Below, one piece after another: positions 1 through 10,737 of a DNA stretch of 40,798 nt. The position numbers and the translations under genes are program-made. The stretch comes from Aduncisulcus paluster. Its lineage: Eukaryota. Each line of letters starts with the position of its first letter. The stretch's first letter is position 1. Below the pieces are notes generated by a model that made no database searches, was not told where the DNA came from, and saw only the letters and a list, made by a program, of their open reading frames with translations. The stretch lies in assembly GCA_024181965.1 (NCBI GenBank), contig BQXS01010956.1:1-40798 (forward strand). Reading direction: 5' to 3'.

Positions 1-3000
1 AATGATAAATACCTGTTCGATAAGTTCCTTTGGTCCGGTTTTCCCATTCACAATCACCTGAACGAGATTAGAACTAACCCCACTCATGGCAGACTGTGCG
101 AAATCATCGGAATTGTAGCACAGTGCAGCAGTCCACGCAGAAGCCTGGAAACTGGACTTAATGTTCTTCTCCAACCATCTAATTAGTTCAACCCGATGAG
201 ATGATTCGAGAATATATGTCACCATGGTACCAATAAGAGCAGGCGACATCATAGATGAACGTTTTCGAAGGAAAAAGAAAGAAATTAAGTATGAAACAAT
301 GACATCCATCTCTAAATAGTGGAATGAAACAGGAATTTCAAAGAGTTCACATGACATCATTGATATATCACACTCACTACCTGCCACAGATCCAGAAGCA
401 CGAGAAGAGATCTCATCAGAATCCTCATCTTGAGCATACAAACTATCATAAACCAACTCATTCTCTTCAACATCGTCACCTTCCTTTTCTTGTGCTTCCC
501 GGATGGTCTTCAAGGCCTTTTCGCGATTTTCATGAGTCATCTTATTGATTGTCTTAATTTTATCGATTATTGAATCCTTAAGCCATTTTACACCTTCTCC
601 AACGGTAGAAAAACGATTAGACAAAGGCCTTCTTTTTACAATATCATGGGAATAATCATAAATGGCTGGTTCATATATGTTACGCAAGGGTACAACTTTT
701 GAACAAAAGTTTGATGGATCTGTGCCACGTTTGGACACAATTTTTCGATGAGAATCCTCTCGACGCTTCATAAAATGCACAAAAAGTTTGAATTTCATTT
801 CCAAAATGTTGGATAAGAACAAAGCGTCTTTTCTTTTCCCAGAATCCTTATGAGTTCCCATCATTTCATTTTGGTTAAATTTCTTCATGAAAACCCCCAA
901 TAAACCCTGAGAAGATTCCATGGGAAGATAGACGCAGGCAATTTTGACCATGTCCTTGAAAGAGTTATCATTGAGCAGAAGCGTATGGACGAAACACAAA
1001 TCAAAGTAAACCAAGACAATTTCTTGATGGAATGATTCCAAGGTGAGCGATACTCCACTAGGAGGCGTAAGGGAGTCCACAACTTTCTCAATCCGAACAA
1101 TGTGAGAAACAATGCTGAGGATAGTGGTAATAAGTGCAATTGAACGAGGATGATTTTTATCAATAGAAATCATATATGTCAGAACAGAGTAACAAATAGA
1201 AAGAATAAACATTATTTGAGAGTAAGAATAGCGGAATTGATCATCTTTTTCAATAATGTCAATCTTAGTATTCTTATTAGAATTGAACCGGAATAACTCA
1301 GCCTCGAGTATTAATTTAATGTACCCCAGATATTCTGATATTTCAACGATATCCAAGTCTGCTTTGGGAGACCTGCACATCCATTCGATCAATCGAGAAA
1401 CATCCCCACCATCGATAACCTCTGGCTTTGCAAGTCTTACGAGAGTCAAGAGCGAATACGATTTCACAGATAACGAACTAACGGTAGGATTTGAATCAGA
1501 AGAAGAAGAAATCAAAGGCGGGAGTTTGAATTTCGTGTCATCATCACCATTCAGAGAAATACAAACATTCGGTAAGGCACGGACGAGTGATAGGCACAGA
1601 ATATACATCTTATAATCATCCGGAATCAAGATAGAACTAGATTTAAGACCCTCACGGAAAGGATCGAAAGTATTCAAACACGATATACGGAAGAGGAAGA
1701 GAACATCGGATATGATATCTTTCCCGAATAGTTTATACAATAAAAACTTTGAAGATCCAATCAATTTCCACACTGAAGCAAAGAGATGAACCCAAATAAC
1801 ATGTGGAACTCCCATAATATTATAATTATCAAGGGAAAGATATGTTCCAAGCCTTGAAGGTTTCGAAAGGGTTCGTACTGGAAAAGGAAGGTCAATCCCT
1901 TTGAAAGATTCAAAATCATCTAATGTTCCCTTGTTTTCAACTAGGAATAAAGCACGTTTCAGAAGACCAATGCAGTTATGAATGAACAAATAAACAAGAT
2001 CTGTATCATTCTTTTGGATCCTGGGAAGAATATTTGTGAACGATTCAGTGTGTCCTCTGGTGATAAGAGATTGACAGAGAACACACATCGTGAAGACTTG
2101 TCTAAAATACGATTGCTTTATCTTGAAATAGAAATCAAAGGAAACATCTTCTTTTTGGAAAACAGAACTTCGGAGAGATACCCATTTCTTCTCTTCCTCT
2201 TTTCCATTCTCTCCCTCTTTTTCTTCTCCCTCTTTGTCCTCCTCTTTGTCCGAGTCCTTTTCTCGATCTTTCAACTCAACAATAAGAGCACCCGTGGCTG
2301 TTTTGATCTTTTGCGCTTGCTCAAGACCCAGGGATCTTCCACTTTCATTCCATTTTAGAGGATCAACCTTTTTGCAATGATGGATTCCAATCACTTTCCC
2401 TGTAGATTCATCAATGATCTCAGAAGTCTGTGCAAAGATAACCAGAGCTTCCTGGAACCTGAAGGAAGAAAAGTAAGAACACAATGAAGTGAAAGAAGAA
2501 GAAGCTGACCCGACAGTCCCCACAAGAGAAGGAGAAAGCGTTGTGGAATATTCAGGACGGCACATAACAGATGTGAGTTGGGAGGAAAATGTTGAAAAAA
2601 AGACATTACCACCGATTGATCGAATAAGAAGCTGCTCCAATAGAGACAAACGATGGATGACATTTATAGTTTTTGAGAAACAAGCACTCAGAGGCAGACT
2701 TGGAGAAAGGTTCTGAAGTTCATGATCACCAAGGCAAGAGAAAAAATTGAACAAATTCCTATCTCCCATAAACTCCAACATTTTCTTCCAATTGAATCTT
2801 TCAAGACCTGTCAAAACCGTTTCATGAACACGAGAACTCGGATCATACTCAATCCACCCTAAAATATGGAATAAATTGATCGAAATCGTCATATTTTCAG
2901 CAGAGAGGGCAACAGAAGGGTAGAAAACTAAGAAAAGCAAAAAGTTGAAGTAATTTGGATCATTCCCAATCTCTGAAATCCGAGATAAAGGCTGAATTGA

Positions 3001-3474
3001 TGATAAATGCGTCATATAGTCATCAATATCATATTTAAAGTCGATAAACTCCGAGTATTTGGTCTCTAAGTGCTTGAAATAGAGAGAGCACTTCCCTTTC
3101 ATCAAAGAAATAATGTGAGGGTTCGTTGCGATCCTTCGATGGGTTTGAATGGCCAAATGGATATCTTTTCGACCCAAATAAAACAGAATGTTCACCAAAT
3201 CAACAGAAATTTCCTTAAATATGGCATCACTAACGGAAACAATCATTCCCCATAATTTTTGCGCACTCATAGAGAGAGAATCATTCCTTGAGTCTGAGGA
3301 TATTACAAAGACCACACTCAAGAGAATCGGGAACATCGACGGAGAGAGAAACTTCATCAACAAAGCCGTTTGTTTCCTCTGATTTAAGAAATTAGCCCTC
3401 CTTCTCTTCTTTTTCCTCTGAGCGAGTTTTGAACTAGCTATCTCTTTCCTCCTCCTCCTCCTCTTTTTCTTCCA
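1..3474 (-). CDS. GCN1: C-terminal continuation of the GCN1-like HEAT-repeat protein (after a frameshift; 3' end outside the window)
   Basis: The minus-strand frame is open from just after a TAA at 3475-3477 down to position 1, about 1150 codons; it is missing from the ORF track because it has no stop in the window. It begins ...KEIASSKLAQRKKKRRRANFLNQRKQTALLMKFLSPSMFPILLSVVFVISSDSRNDSLSMSAQKLWGMIVSVSDAIFKEISVDLVNILFYLG, which resembles the GCN1 segment [39 protein letters not shown]. It ends QVIVNGKTGPKELIEQVFII at the window edge. Confidence 0.75.
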
Positions 3475-6400
3475 TTATTGAGGCTAATGGAAGAGAAGAA
3501 GAAAGAGTCAAATTAGAATCCTTCATAAAATCCCTCAGAAGCGAAACTATGGAGATCATGCAAATGAGAGATTGATTTTTCTCAAGATCAACACCATTCA
3601 ACATTGATGATAAAATGGCTGAACAGAAAGGAACTAAGATATTTGAGGAATCAACTGAATTCTCTTTCTCTTTGGTACAAGCATTCTGCACGACAATTCT
3701 TGAACAGATTTCACAAACCTTGAGAACTATCATCCTTAGAGGTTCCTCAGATGTCGCACGGAAACTCATCCTCAACAATCTAGGAATCACCGAGATATAT
3801 GAAAAGATTCGAGGGAAATCAATGTCAATCCACACAGATGAATCCTTCTTCTCTGCAAGCCAAAGGAGACTCTCACAGATTGAAACACACTCCAGCATGA
3901 TTATCTTCTCAAGAGAATCTCTGTCTATGGTATTATTCACGACTTTCTGAGAAGAATCAGCAGTGTTACAAGAATCAGCGGTATCATCGTCGTTAACATA
4001 TTCGACGATTCCTGTTAAATGGGAATTAGAATAGAGGCTTGCAAACACATCAAAGCCCCCAGACGCATCGATATCTCGAATAGAACTCGCAATGTTCTCA
4101 TCAATCAGGAGGGATTGAATGTCAATGTGCTCACGAGCCTGTTTAAATGAGTGCAGAAGTTTGTCAAGGCTGGTATCAATACCCTTGATGATTTGCACCT
4201 TATTCCGAAGAGAAACACGGATAAGACCATAGTTTTCAAGGGCAGATGAGAAGGACTGAGCAAAGAATTTCTTCAAATGAGTATCAAAATGCTGAATCAA
4301 GCGCTCGCCAAATACATGCTGAAGATTGGAAATGGCATAGCAGGCAGATCTCCGTTCGTTCTCGATTGTTGAATTAATCGCAATATCGACAAGTGGATAT
4401 AGCATAATCTGAGAGAAAGAGGAGAGAGCTAGCGCTGAAGACAACTGAGGCAAAGAAGAAAGGAAGACAAGACTTGATTGCCGAGCAGTGACCGAACTTG
4501 AGGAAAGACTATCCATCAACAAGGGAATGAGCAAAGACAGCTCTCCGATCTTGAGTCTTGAAGTTAGTTCAACATGTTTGAGTTCATCCAATAGGCGGTC
4601 AAGAGTCCTTGGATTGGATTCTATTCCACCCAAAAGACATCTTACCATCTGGGATATTGGCTCTCTCAACCTTGAATTGGCACAACTATCACCAATGCAG
4701 ACAAAACAGAAGGAGATGGCATCTCTGATAGATTTTCTAGCATCATGGATGGCAGACCTTATGAAGGGTATTAACGTAGGAAGGAAGAAAGAGATGATCT
4801 CGGGAGCGATCTTAGAAATGTAACCAATGGCAGAGACACACCCACAGAACAATTGCCACTCAATCGAGGATTCTTCAGTATTCGTGGAACTCTCCAATTT
4901 CATCAACTCTTCCTCCTCTTTGTCAACTCCTTCTTCCTCTTCTTCTTCTTCTTCGTCTCCTTCAAGATGGATATTCCCGAAGAATGGTGGAACAGAATTG
5001 ATACCGATTGAGGTCTTGTTTGTTTTATACCCTTCCATCGTGGATATAATCTTATTAACCAAGAATATGATACCATCAACTGAAAGAGAATGGAGAACAG
5101 CCTGCAATGTCCTTTCAGCCCTGGATGAAACAACGTCAGAAGAGTCACAAAGGAGCCGAGAAAGGGGAAGGACAATGAGCGGAATGAAAGGTTCGACCAG
5201 AGATCCGTATACAAAGATAGTTGCCTCCACCATAATACACCCACACACCTTCTTGTTGACACTCTTACCATTCAAAGTCGTGAGAATGAAACCAAGGCCA
5301 GATTGGACAAAACCATCTTTGACAAAACAACTCAATCCGTGGACACTTAACAGAGCAAAATAGAGATATACTGAACAAATTTGAAGGGAAAAGCATGTCG
5401 ATGATTCGGAATACATGAATTTCTTCACATATTGCAATGTCTTCGTGGAGAATTCATGCATTTTGGCACCCAAAATAACCGAATAGACTTGTTTTAATGG
5501 ATCAATAGTGTTCAACAATTGAGATTTTGCCCCACAACACTTCAACACTCCATCAATAAGCTCTGTTGTGATTCGTTTGGCATGTTTCAAGGAGGAAGTT
5601 CTCTTACAAGCTACGGCAAGGAGACTACTGATCGACACATAACTATGGTTTGTACAAGCAATAGAGAGAGTCGTGGAGGATGAAATGGCCTTAGATTTAG
5701 CCAAAAGCCGGGGGATAAATAGACTAGAAATAACCACATGATTCGAATGAGTTATGAGACTTTTTAGAGCACTATAGGCAACATTACGCACACTACCATC
5801 GACAGAGGAGATGCAATCAAGGCAAAATGAACAACAATTATCAAGAACACTGACCAAATCAACTTTCTTTCGTTTTTTTCCAGCTGAAACCATCTTGGAA
5901 TCTCTTGAACTTGTAAAAGATTCCTTCTCGACACATGGTTCAGTAAAAGAAACAATTTCGTGTACAAGTGTGTCAATAAAGATCAAAATAACTCGATGAG
6001 ACTCTGGGATTCGTTTGAAGAGAGTCCACAAAACCATATTTACAAATATCCCATTTTTGACACTATTACCAAGAGTTGTGTGAGTTGATACTGCTTGATC
6101 TCTCTCCATGTTGATCTCTACTTGTACTGCAATAGACCACACTCTCTTAATGAGGGTTTGGATGATGTTACCAACCCAATTGAGATCAGAGAGAAGTAGA
6201 TAGGGAGTTAAAATGCGAGAAACACGGCTTACAACGGGCCAAATACCATCAGAATGACTGTGGATACTTTCTTTTCCCTCACCATCATATCCATCAGGGT
6301 GAGAATCATCTAAATATAGAATACCTTGTTCAGAAGAAGCTATGAGATCAACACATATCTTCCGTTTCTCAGGGGAGAGTGCATGATCACATGAATTGAG

Positions 6401-9400
6401 CAGCAATGGAGCAAGGAATGGCGCAGGAATCTCCGCTAATGTCCCATTATGAAGCATCCACAGGGCTGTCAAGCACAAAGACCTGATCGACATAAGGTCT
6501 GAACTCAAACCAACCAACAGTAAGGATAAGAGCAAAGGAAGAGGAGAGAGCGACACAGATTGTCTCTTCAGGAAACTGGAGAGTATTTTAACCGAATCAG
6601 AAATGTCATCAGAAAAATCTTTGACGATTTCATCCCCATCATGAAGTTTCTCGGGGTCAGCCACTCGAGTTTCGAGATCAATGCGATGTAGATTCAAGAT
6701 TCTCCACAAGGAATAAGCAACCATCAAAGATAGTGTCGAGGAAGAGGAAACACAGAGATTGGTGGAAATGAGGAAAGGAAAGATGAGATCAGCCATCGAT
6801 ACGCTGTATTTGTCTAAAATGGTCTCAAATGAAGCTCCAGATGGTAGATAGCCTGGACACATGTGAATAGCCCAGGCAGAATCATCATCGAGAAACACTT
6901 TTTGATACTTATCTCCAAAAATAGCAACTTTCTCACGGAAAATAGGTTCCCATAGCCCACAGATCAACCCAATAACGATATCAGCCTGCTCGTTTTTCTC
7001 CTCATTCATACGATTCATTTCATAAACAAAGGCAGATATCACGTTATCCATCATTATTGAGAGATCGGTGTGAGGAATAACGAGATCGGTTTCAGATAAT
7101 TTAGTATCAACCTCAAATATAACTTCACGTGTCATTTCAGGGCTGATTTCTTCTTCAAGTTGTTTCTGCTGAGATTCTGCGGGTGATTCAATTTGATCAG
7201 AATTCTTGAATTCCTTGGAAGTTTTCTTGGTTCCCTTTGAAGTTTTTTTCGTCTTACTTCCCTTACCACTCTTCATCTTTTTTCTCTCCTCAATCTCTTT
7301 CTTCTGTTTAATTTTTTCCTCCATTTCACGCTTTCTGATTAAATCCCAGAGCAAAATACGATGTAGTTCACGAGGTTCCAGAGAAGTATGGAAAGAATGG
7401 CCAGAAATCTCACTACGAATGATGTTAGGAGATATAAATAGATATGAGAAAGAAAGGATTGAACATATAGATTTTTGAGAGAATCTAATTTGAGGAAACT
7501 TCAAAACATTTGTTATGATCTTGCACATCATGAACCTCATTCCAAACGGGAGAAAAGAGGGCGAATTGAATGCAGACAAAGCGAATAACATTCTTCTCAA
7601 CACAAAAGATGAACAATTCGAAAAGATGAGCGGTGAAGACCGTCCAATTGAAACAGATCCAAGGAAAGTTAGTTTCTCAAGAATATATAAACAACGTCCA
7701 ATATTATCCCTTAGATGAGATAAGGAAACCTCTTCTTCCTTTTCCCTCTCTTCCTTCTCTCCCTCTCCCTCTCTCTCTTTCTTCTTCAGTGTAGAACAAG
7801 AGATAAGATACTCGATTCGAAGAGAATCTAGAACACCACACACGAGGGCGAGTAGATACACAATGATATCTCCAGAGGCAATAAAATGAAGAGATTTAAC
7901 AACATTTGACTCGAAGCCAGCAAGCTTGAGACCATCATAGGAAACACCTTCATCTTGAAGTTCACAAAGCTCTTGTTTGAACAATATCCACTTAGAAAGA
8001 GAAAAAACATCAAAAGAAGGGAAAATAGTACAAAATATAGAGCATGCGGTCACAAACTCACAACCAGAGCCATGAATACGTGAAGTTTTAAACCTTCCAA
8101 GAATTCTTAGCAGTGAATAAGTTCCAATAAGATTATAATTGGAGATAAAACTCATTTGACACTTGATCGTGGATACAAAGGATTTTATAACGTTAAAAAT
8201 AAGCGATTTTGCCACAGCCTTTTCTTTGATTCCAAGTTCGAGAGTGTTACGGATAGCCCAAGCGACACAATCTCCTCTCCCATGCTGAGCCATGTGCTTG
8301 ACCATCCTTGAACAGAGACCTGATGCATAGCAACGAATAGAGCAATCGGAGTGGAGCATCATCACACTGACAATCTTTAAAATACACCTAGCTGATACCT
8401 CAGAAATGAATGAATCACGCAATATTAAACATTTTTCAACTAAATTGAGAATGAAACAAGCAAAAAAGACAGATTTTACGGGATGAGCGGACACAACGAT
8501 TGATGTCAAGATGGTATTGATGGATTGAGTCATAATCCGATCAATTTCCTCATCATTTTCCTCAATATACGCACAAAAATACCTAATTAAGGCAAAGATA
8601 GAATCTTTAACATCCGTGGCCACGAGGGAACGACGAACAACACAAACTAATACTGGAGGGATAAAATCTGCATAATATGTCAAATAAGACAATAAATGCA
8701 AAGAATCATCACCTGAATGATGGATATCACTGAGAGAATGTTTAGAACCGGGCTTAGGGGATTTCATGGGAGTTAGAGAAGAAAAATCCTTGCGAACCTC
8801 ACCTTTTTCCTGTTCTTCATTGTGAGTTCGAACAGAATCGGTTTGAAACTTCCGTTTTGAGACGATAATAATGCCGAAGTAGAGAGCTAGAGACAAAGAA
8901 ATAGATGTGTGAGATTTTGTAATAATAGGAGTAAATTCGAATAGTTCAGGGGCCATCTGACTGGATAATTTGAAAACCTGGGAGATTATGGCGTCTAAAT
9001 GCCGAAGAGACACCTCATGGCATCTATTGATCAAAGATCCAATCAAGACGACACAACTAGCCTTATGGAAAGATAATTTGAGCCATTTATCGGAACTTTC
9101 AGAAGAAAAGATACTTTCAGAATTGAAATATGTCTCCCTTGGGAAATCAAGCGCATGGAACAGATAATCACAAACCTCATAATTGGAGAAAGGATGATTA
9201 GAGCTCAATAAGACGGCAAACAGCAGAGTTACTTCTTGAATAATGACTAAAGAATGCTTATCATATGGAAAAGAGGTTGAAAAGATGAAGGGATGATCGT
9301 TACTGTGTAGATAAACTGTAGATATAAGAGAATGTTGATTTAAACTAATTCCTTCAAAATATGATAAAAACATGCTTGAAACAGTAGTCCAACTCGCAGA

Positions 9401-9676
9401 TGTAATGAAATGTGTCATAAATGCCTGTATCACAATTCCAATTTCTTCAACTTTCTGAAAAATGGTTTCACCACGAACAATAATAGGAGTAAGCATTTTC
9501 AAGAATAAAAAGAAATTTTTAGTCGAATTTAAATTCTTTTTTAAAGACGGAACCAATAAATCATGCATGAGAATGAGATCAACAGCAAGATTTTCTTTAT
9601 CTACTGAAGGAGAGATTATTTCCCAAAATTGTTTCTCACATAAGAGAAAAGATAATTCCCTTTTCGAAATTTTCAT
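3434..9676 (-). CDS. GCN1: GCN1-like HEAT-repeat protein (eIF2-alpha kinase GCN2 activator / collided-ribosome sensor), N-terminal and central part
   Basis: About 2080-aa helical ORF; first ATG at 9676 (the track starts at TTG 9697). The blocks YGSLVEPFIPLIVLPLSRLLCDSSDVVSSRAERTLQAVLHSLSVDGI, WQLFCGCVSAIGYISKIAPEIISFFLPTLIPFIRSAIHD and ELSLLIPLLMDSLSSSSVTARQSS follow the order of the eEF3-like HEAT region of GCN1 (GKLFEPY..., WRTK.GSVELLGAMAYCAP.QLS.CLP, SLALIMPIV.R). Confidence 0.8.
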   Translation of the reverse strand: MKISKRELSFLLCEKQFWEIISPSVDKENLAVDLILMHDLLVPSLKKNLNSTKNFFLFLKMLTPIIVRGETIFQKVEEIGIVIQAFMTHFITSASWTTVSSMFLSYFEGISLNQHSLISTVYLHSNDHPFIFSTSFPYDKHSLVIIQEVTLLFAVLLSSNHPFSNYEVCDYLFHALDFPRETYFNSESIFSSESSDKWLKLSFHKASCVVLIGSLINRCHEVSLRHLDAIISQVFKLSSQMAPELFEFTPIITKSHTSISLSLALYFGIIIVSKRKFQTDSVRTHNEEQEKGEVRKDFSSLTPMKSPKPGSKHSLSDIHHSGDDSLHLLSYLTYYADFIPPVLVCVVRRSLVATDVKDSIFALIRYFCAYIEENDEEIDRIMTQSINTILTSIVVSAHPVKSVFFACFILNLVEKCLILRDSFISEVSARCILKIVSVMMLHSDCSIRCYASGLCSRMVKHMAQHGRGDCVAWAIRNTLELGIKEKAVAKSLIFNVIKSFVSTIKCQMSFISNYNLIGTYSLLRILGRFKTSRIHGSGCEFVTACSIFCTIFPSFDVFSLSKWILFKQELCELQDEGVSYDGLKLAGFESNVVKSLHFIASGDIIVYLLALVCGVLDSLRIEYLISCSTLKKKEREGEGEKEEREKEEEVSLSHLRDNIGRCLYILEKLTFLGSVSIGRSSPLIFSNCSSFVLRRMLFALSAFNSPSFLPFGMRFMMCKIITNVLKFPQIRFSQKSICSILSFSYLFISPNIIRSEISGHSFHTSLEPRELHRILLWDLIRKREMEEKIKQKKEIEERKKMKSGKGSKTKKTSKGTKKTSKEFKNSDQIESPAESQQKQLEEEISPEMTREVIFEVDTKLSETDLVIPHTDLSIMMDNVISAFVYEMNRMNEEKNEQADIVIGLICGLWEPIFREKVAIFGDKYQKVFLDDDSAWAIHMCPGYLPSGASFETILDKYSVSMADLIFPFLISTNLCVSSSSTLSLMVAYSLWRILNLHRIDLETRVADPEKLHDGDEIVKDFSDDISDSVKILSSFLKRQSVSLSPLPLLLSLLLVGLSSDLMSIRSLCLTALWMLHNGTLAEIPAPFLAPLLLNSCDHALSPEKRKICVDLIASSEQGILYLDDSHPDGYDGEGKESIHSHSDGIWPVVSRVSRILTPYLLLSDLNWVGNIIQTLIKRVWSIAVQVEINMERDQAVSTHTTLGNSVKNGIFVNMVLWTLFKRIPESHRVILIFIDTLVHEIVSFTEPCVEKESFTSSRDSKMVSAGKKRKKVDLVSVLDNCCSFCLDCISSVDGSVRNVAYSALKSLITHSNHVVISSLFIPRLLAKSKAISSSTTLSIACTNHSYVSISSLLAVACKRTSSLKHAKRITTELIDGVLKCCGAKSQLLNTIDPLKQVYSVILGAKMHEFSTKTLQYVKKFMYSESSTCFSLQICSVYLYFALLSVHGLSCFVKDGFVQSGLGFILTTLNGKSVNKKVCGCIMVEATIFVYGSLVEPFIPLIVLPLSRLLCDSSDVVSSRAERTLQAVLHSLSVDGIIFLVNKIISTMEGYKTNKTSIGINSVPPFFGNIHLEGDEEEEEEEEGVDKEEEELMKLESSTNTEESSIEWQLFCGCVSAIGYISKIAPEIISFFLPTLIPFIRSAIHDARKSIRDAISFCFVCIGDSCANSRLREPISQMVRCLLGGIESNPRTLDRLLDELKHVELTSRLKIGELSLLIPLLMDSLSSSSVTARQSSLVFLSSLPQLSSALALSSFSQIMLYPLVDIAINSTIENERRSACYAISNLQHVFGERLIQHFDTHLKKFFAQSFSSALENYGLIRVSLRNKVQIIKGIDTSLDKLLHSFKQAREHIDIQSLLIDENIASSIRDIDASGGFDVFASLYSNSHLTGIVEYVNDDDTADSCNTADSSQKVVNNTIDRDSLEKIIMLECVSICESLLWLAEKKDSSVWIDIDFPRIFSYISVIPRLLRMSFRATSEEPLRMIVLKVCEICSRIVVQNACTKEKENSVDSSNILVPFCSAILSSMLNGVDLEKNQSLICMISIVSLLRDFMKDSNLTLSSSLPLASIMEEKEEEEEERDS

Positions 9677-10737
9677 GAGTAGAAAATTAGAAAGCAATCA
9701 ATGAACGAGAAAACTTTAGTTCTTCTTGTTGAACAAGTAAGCTGTGAATAGATGGATCTATGAAGCATTTCAAAGCAAATTATTTGGTGATTCTCTGGAT
9801 AATCAAAAATATAAGGAAATCATGAATTTTTATTTCATTTTGTTCAATCACTTCATTGAAGATTGACTTCAAGACTATAACTACATCAATCACGAAATTA
9901 AAATTTTGTTGATAATAAATTTGCATCGGGAAGTTTAATTCAAGCTCATTTAACAATCAAATGCCAAGGGATTTAACCAGTTTCTACCTTGAAGGAAGGA
10001 AATAATGAAAAACACTATCCTTCCAGAATTCTCATTCAAAATTCATTTCAAAAAGGAAGTATTTAAGTTATTTCACAATAATCACCCTACGAATCGATTT
10101 ATCGGCCTTGGAAGTTGCCACCACATATCCATGTTTCCTGGCGTGATTTTTACAATTTTTTAGATGAACGACTTCTCCACAGGCAGCACAACGAACATGG
10201 GATAATGATTTTGGATTTGGAGGCTCCGACATCCAGTCAGAGGAAGAAAATCCTATTTACATTCTAGGCAGTGCCATGAGATATCCAAAATGATGTAAAC
10301 GAATTATCTACAATCATCAATTTAATACAACATATATTTGGATGATTGTCAAAAAAAAATAATGATCATCTCAGATGAATAATTTGAGGCTCAAATAATT
10401 TCGGATCCAGACCAATCTGCTCAGCATTATAATAAATAAAAAGTTGAACTAAACATTAAACATACCATTATTGAAAAAATCTCCATTAAATTCATATTTG
10501 CATCGGTTCAAAGGAATGAGAATTCCAAAATCGACACTGGAGTCATCATAAACTCATAAAGAATTTTTTTTTAATTCATTCCTGTTTCTGATTTCCGTTT
10601 TTTCTTTTTTCTGTGTTTGGAATTTCATTTTTTTATTCGATTCGTCTTCTGACTTGAATCGGTATCTTACTCATTTGAACTAACATCACCATACTATTAT
10701 AGAAAATAATTATCAACCATAATTTACCCCTAAAAAA

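Noticed and set aside
3392-3436. TAG readthrough or TAR=Gln (hexamitid) code to extend GCN1
   Set aside because: The homologous continuation is in a different frame, and the same frame hits TAA 13 codons later. H2A ends in TAA and OSTC ends in TAG at their expected C-termini.
3418-3550. Intron as the explanation for the GCN1 frame break
   Set aside because: The only nearby GT donor (GTTTCG) would delete VSLLRDF, which aligns to GCN1, and the candidate acceptors in the tract are purine-rich.
10090-10300. GC-richer island with short reading frames between the divergent GCN1 and 829-aa genes
   Set aside because: No recognisable protein or RNA motif, and all frames are short.
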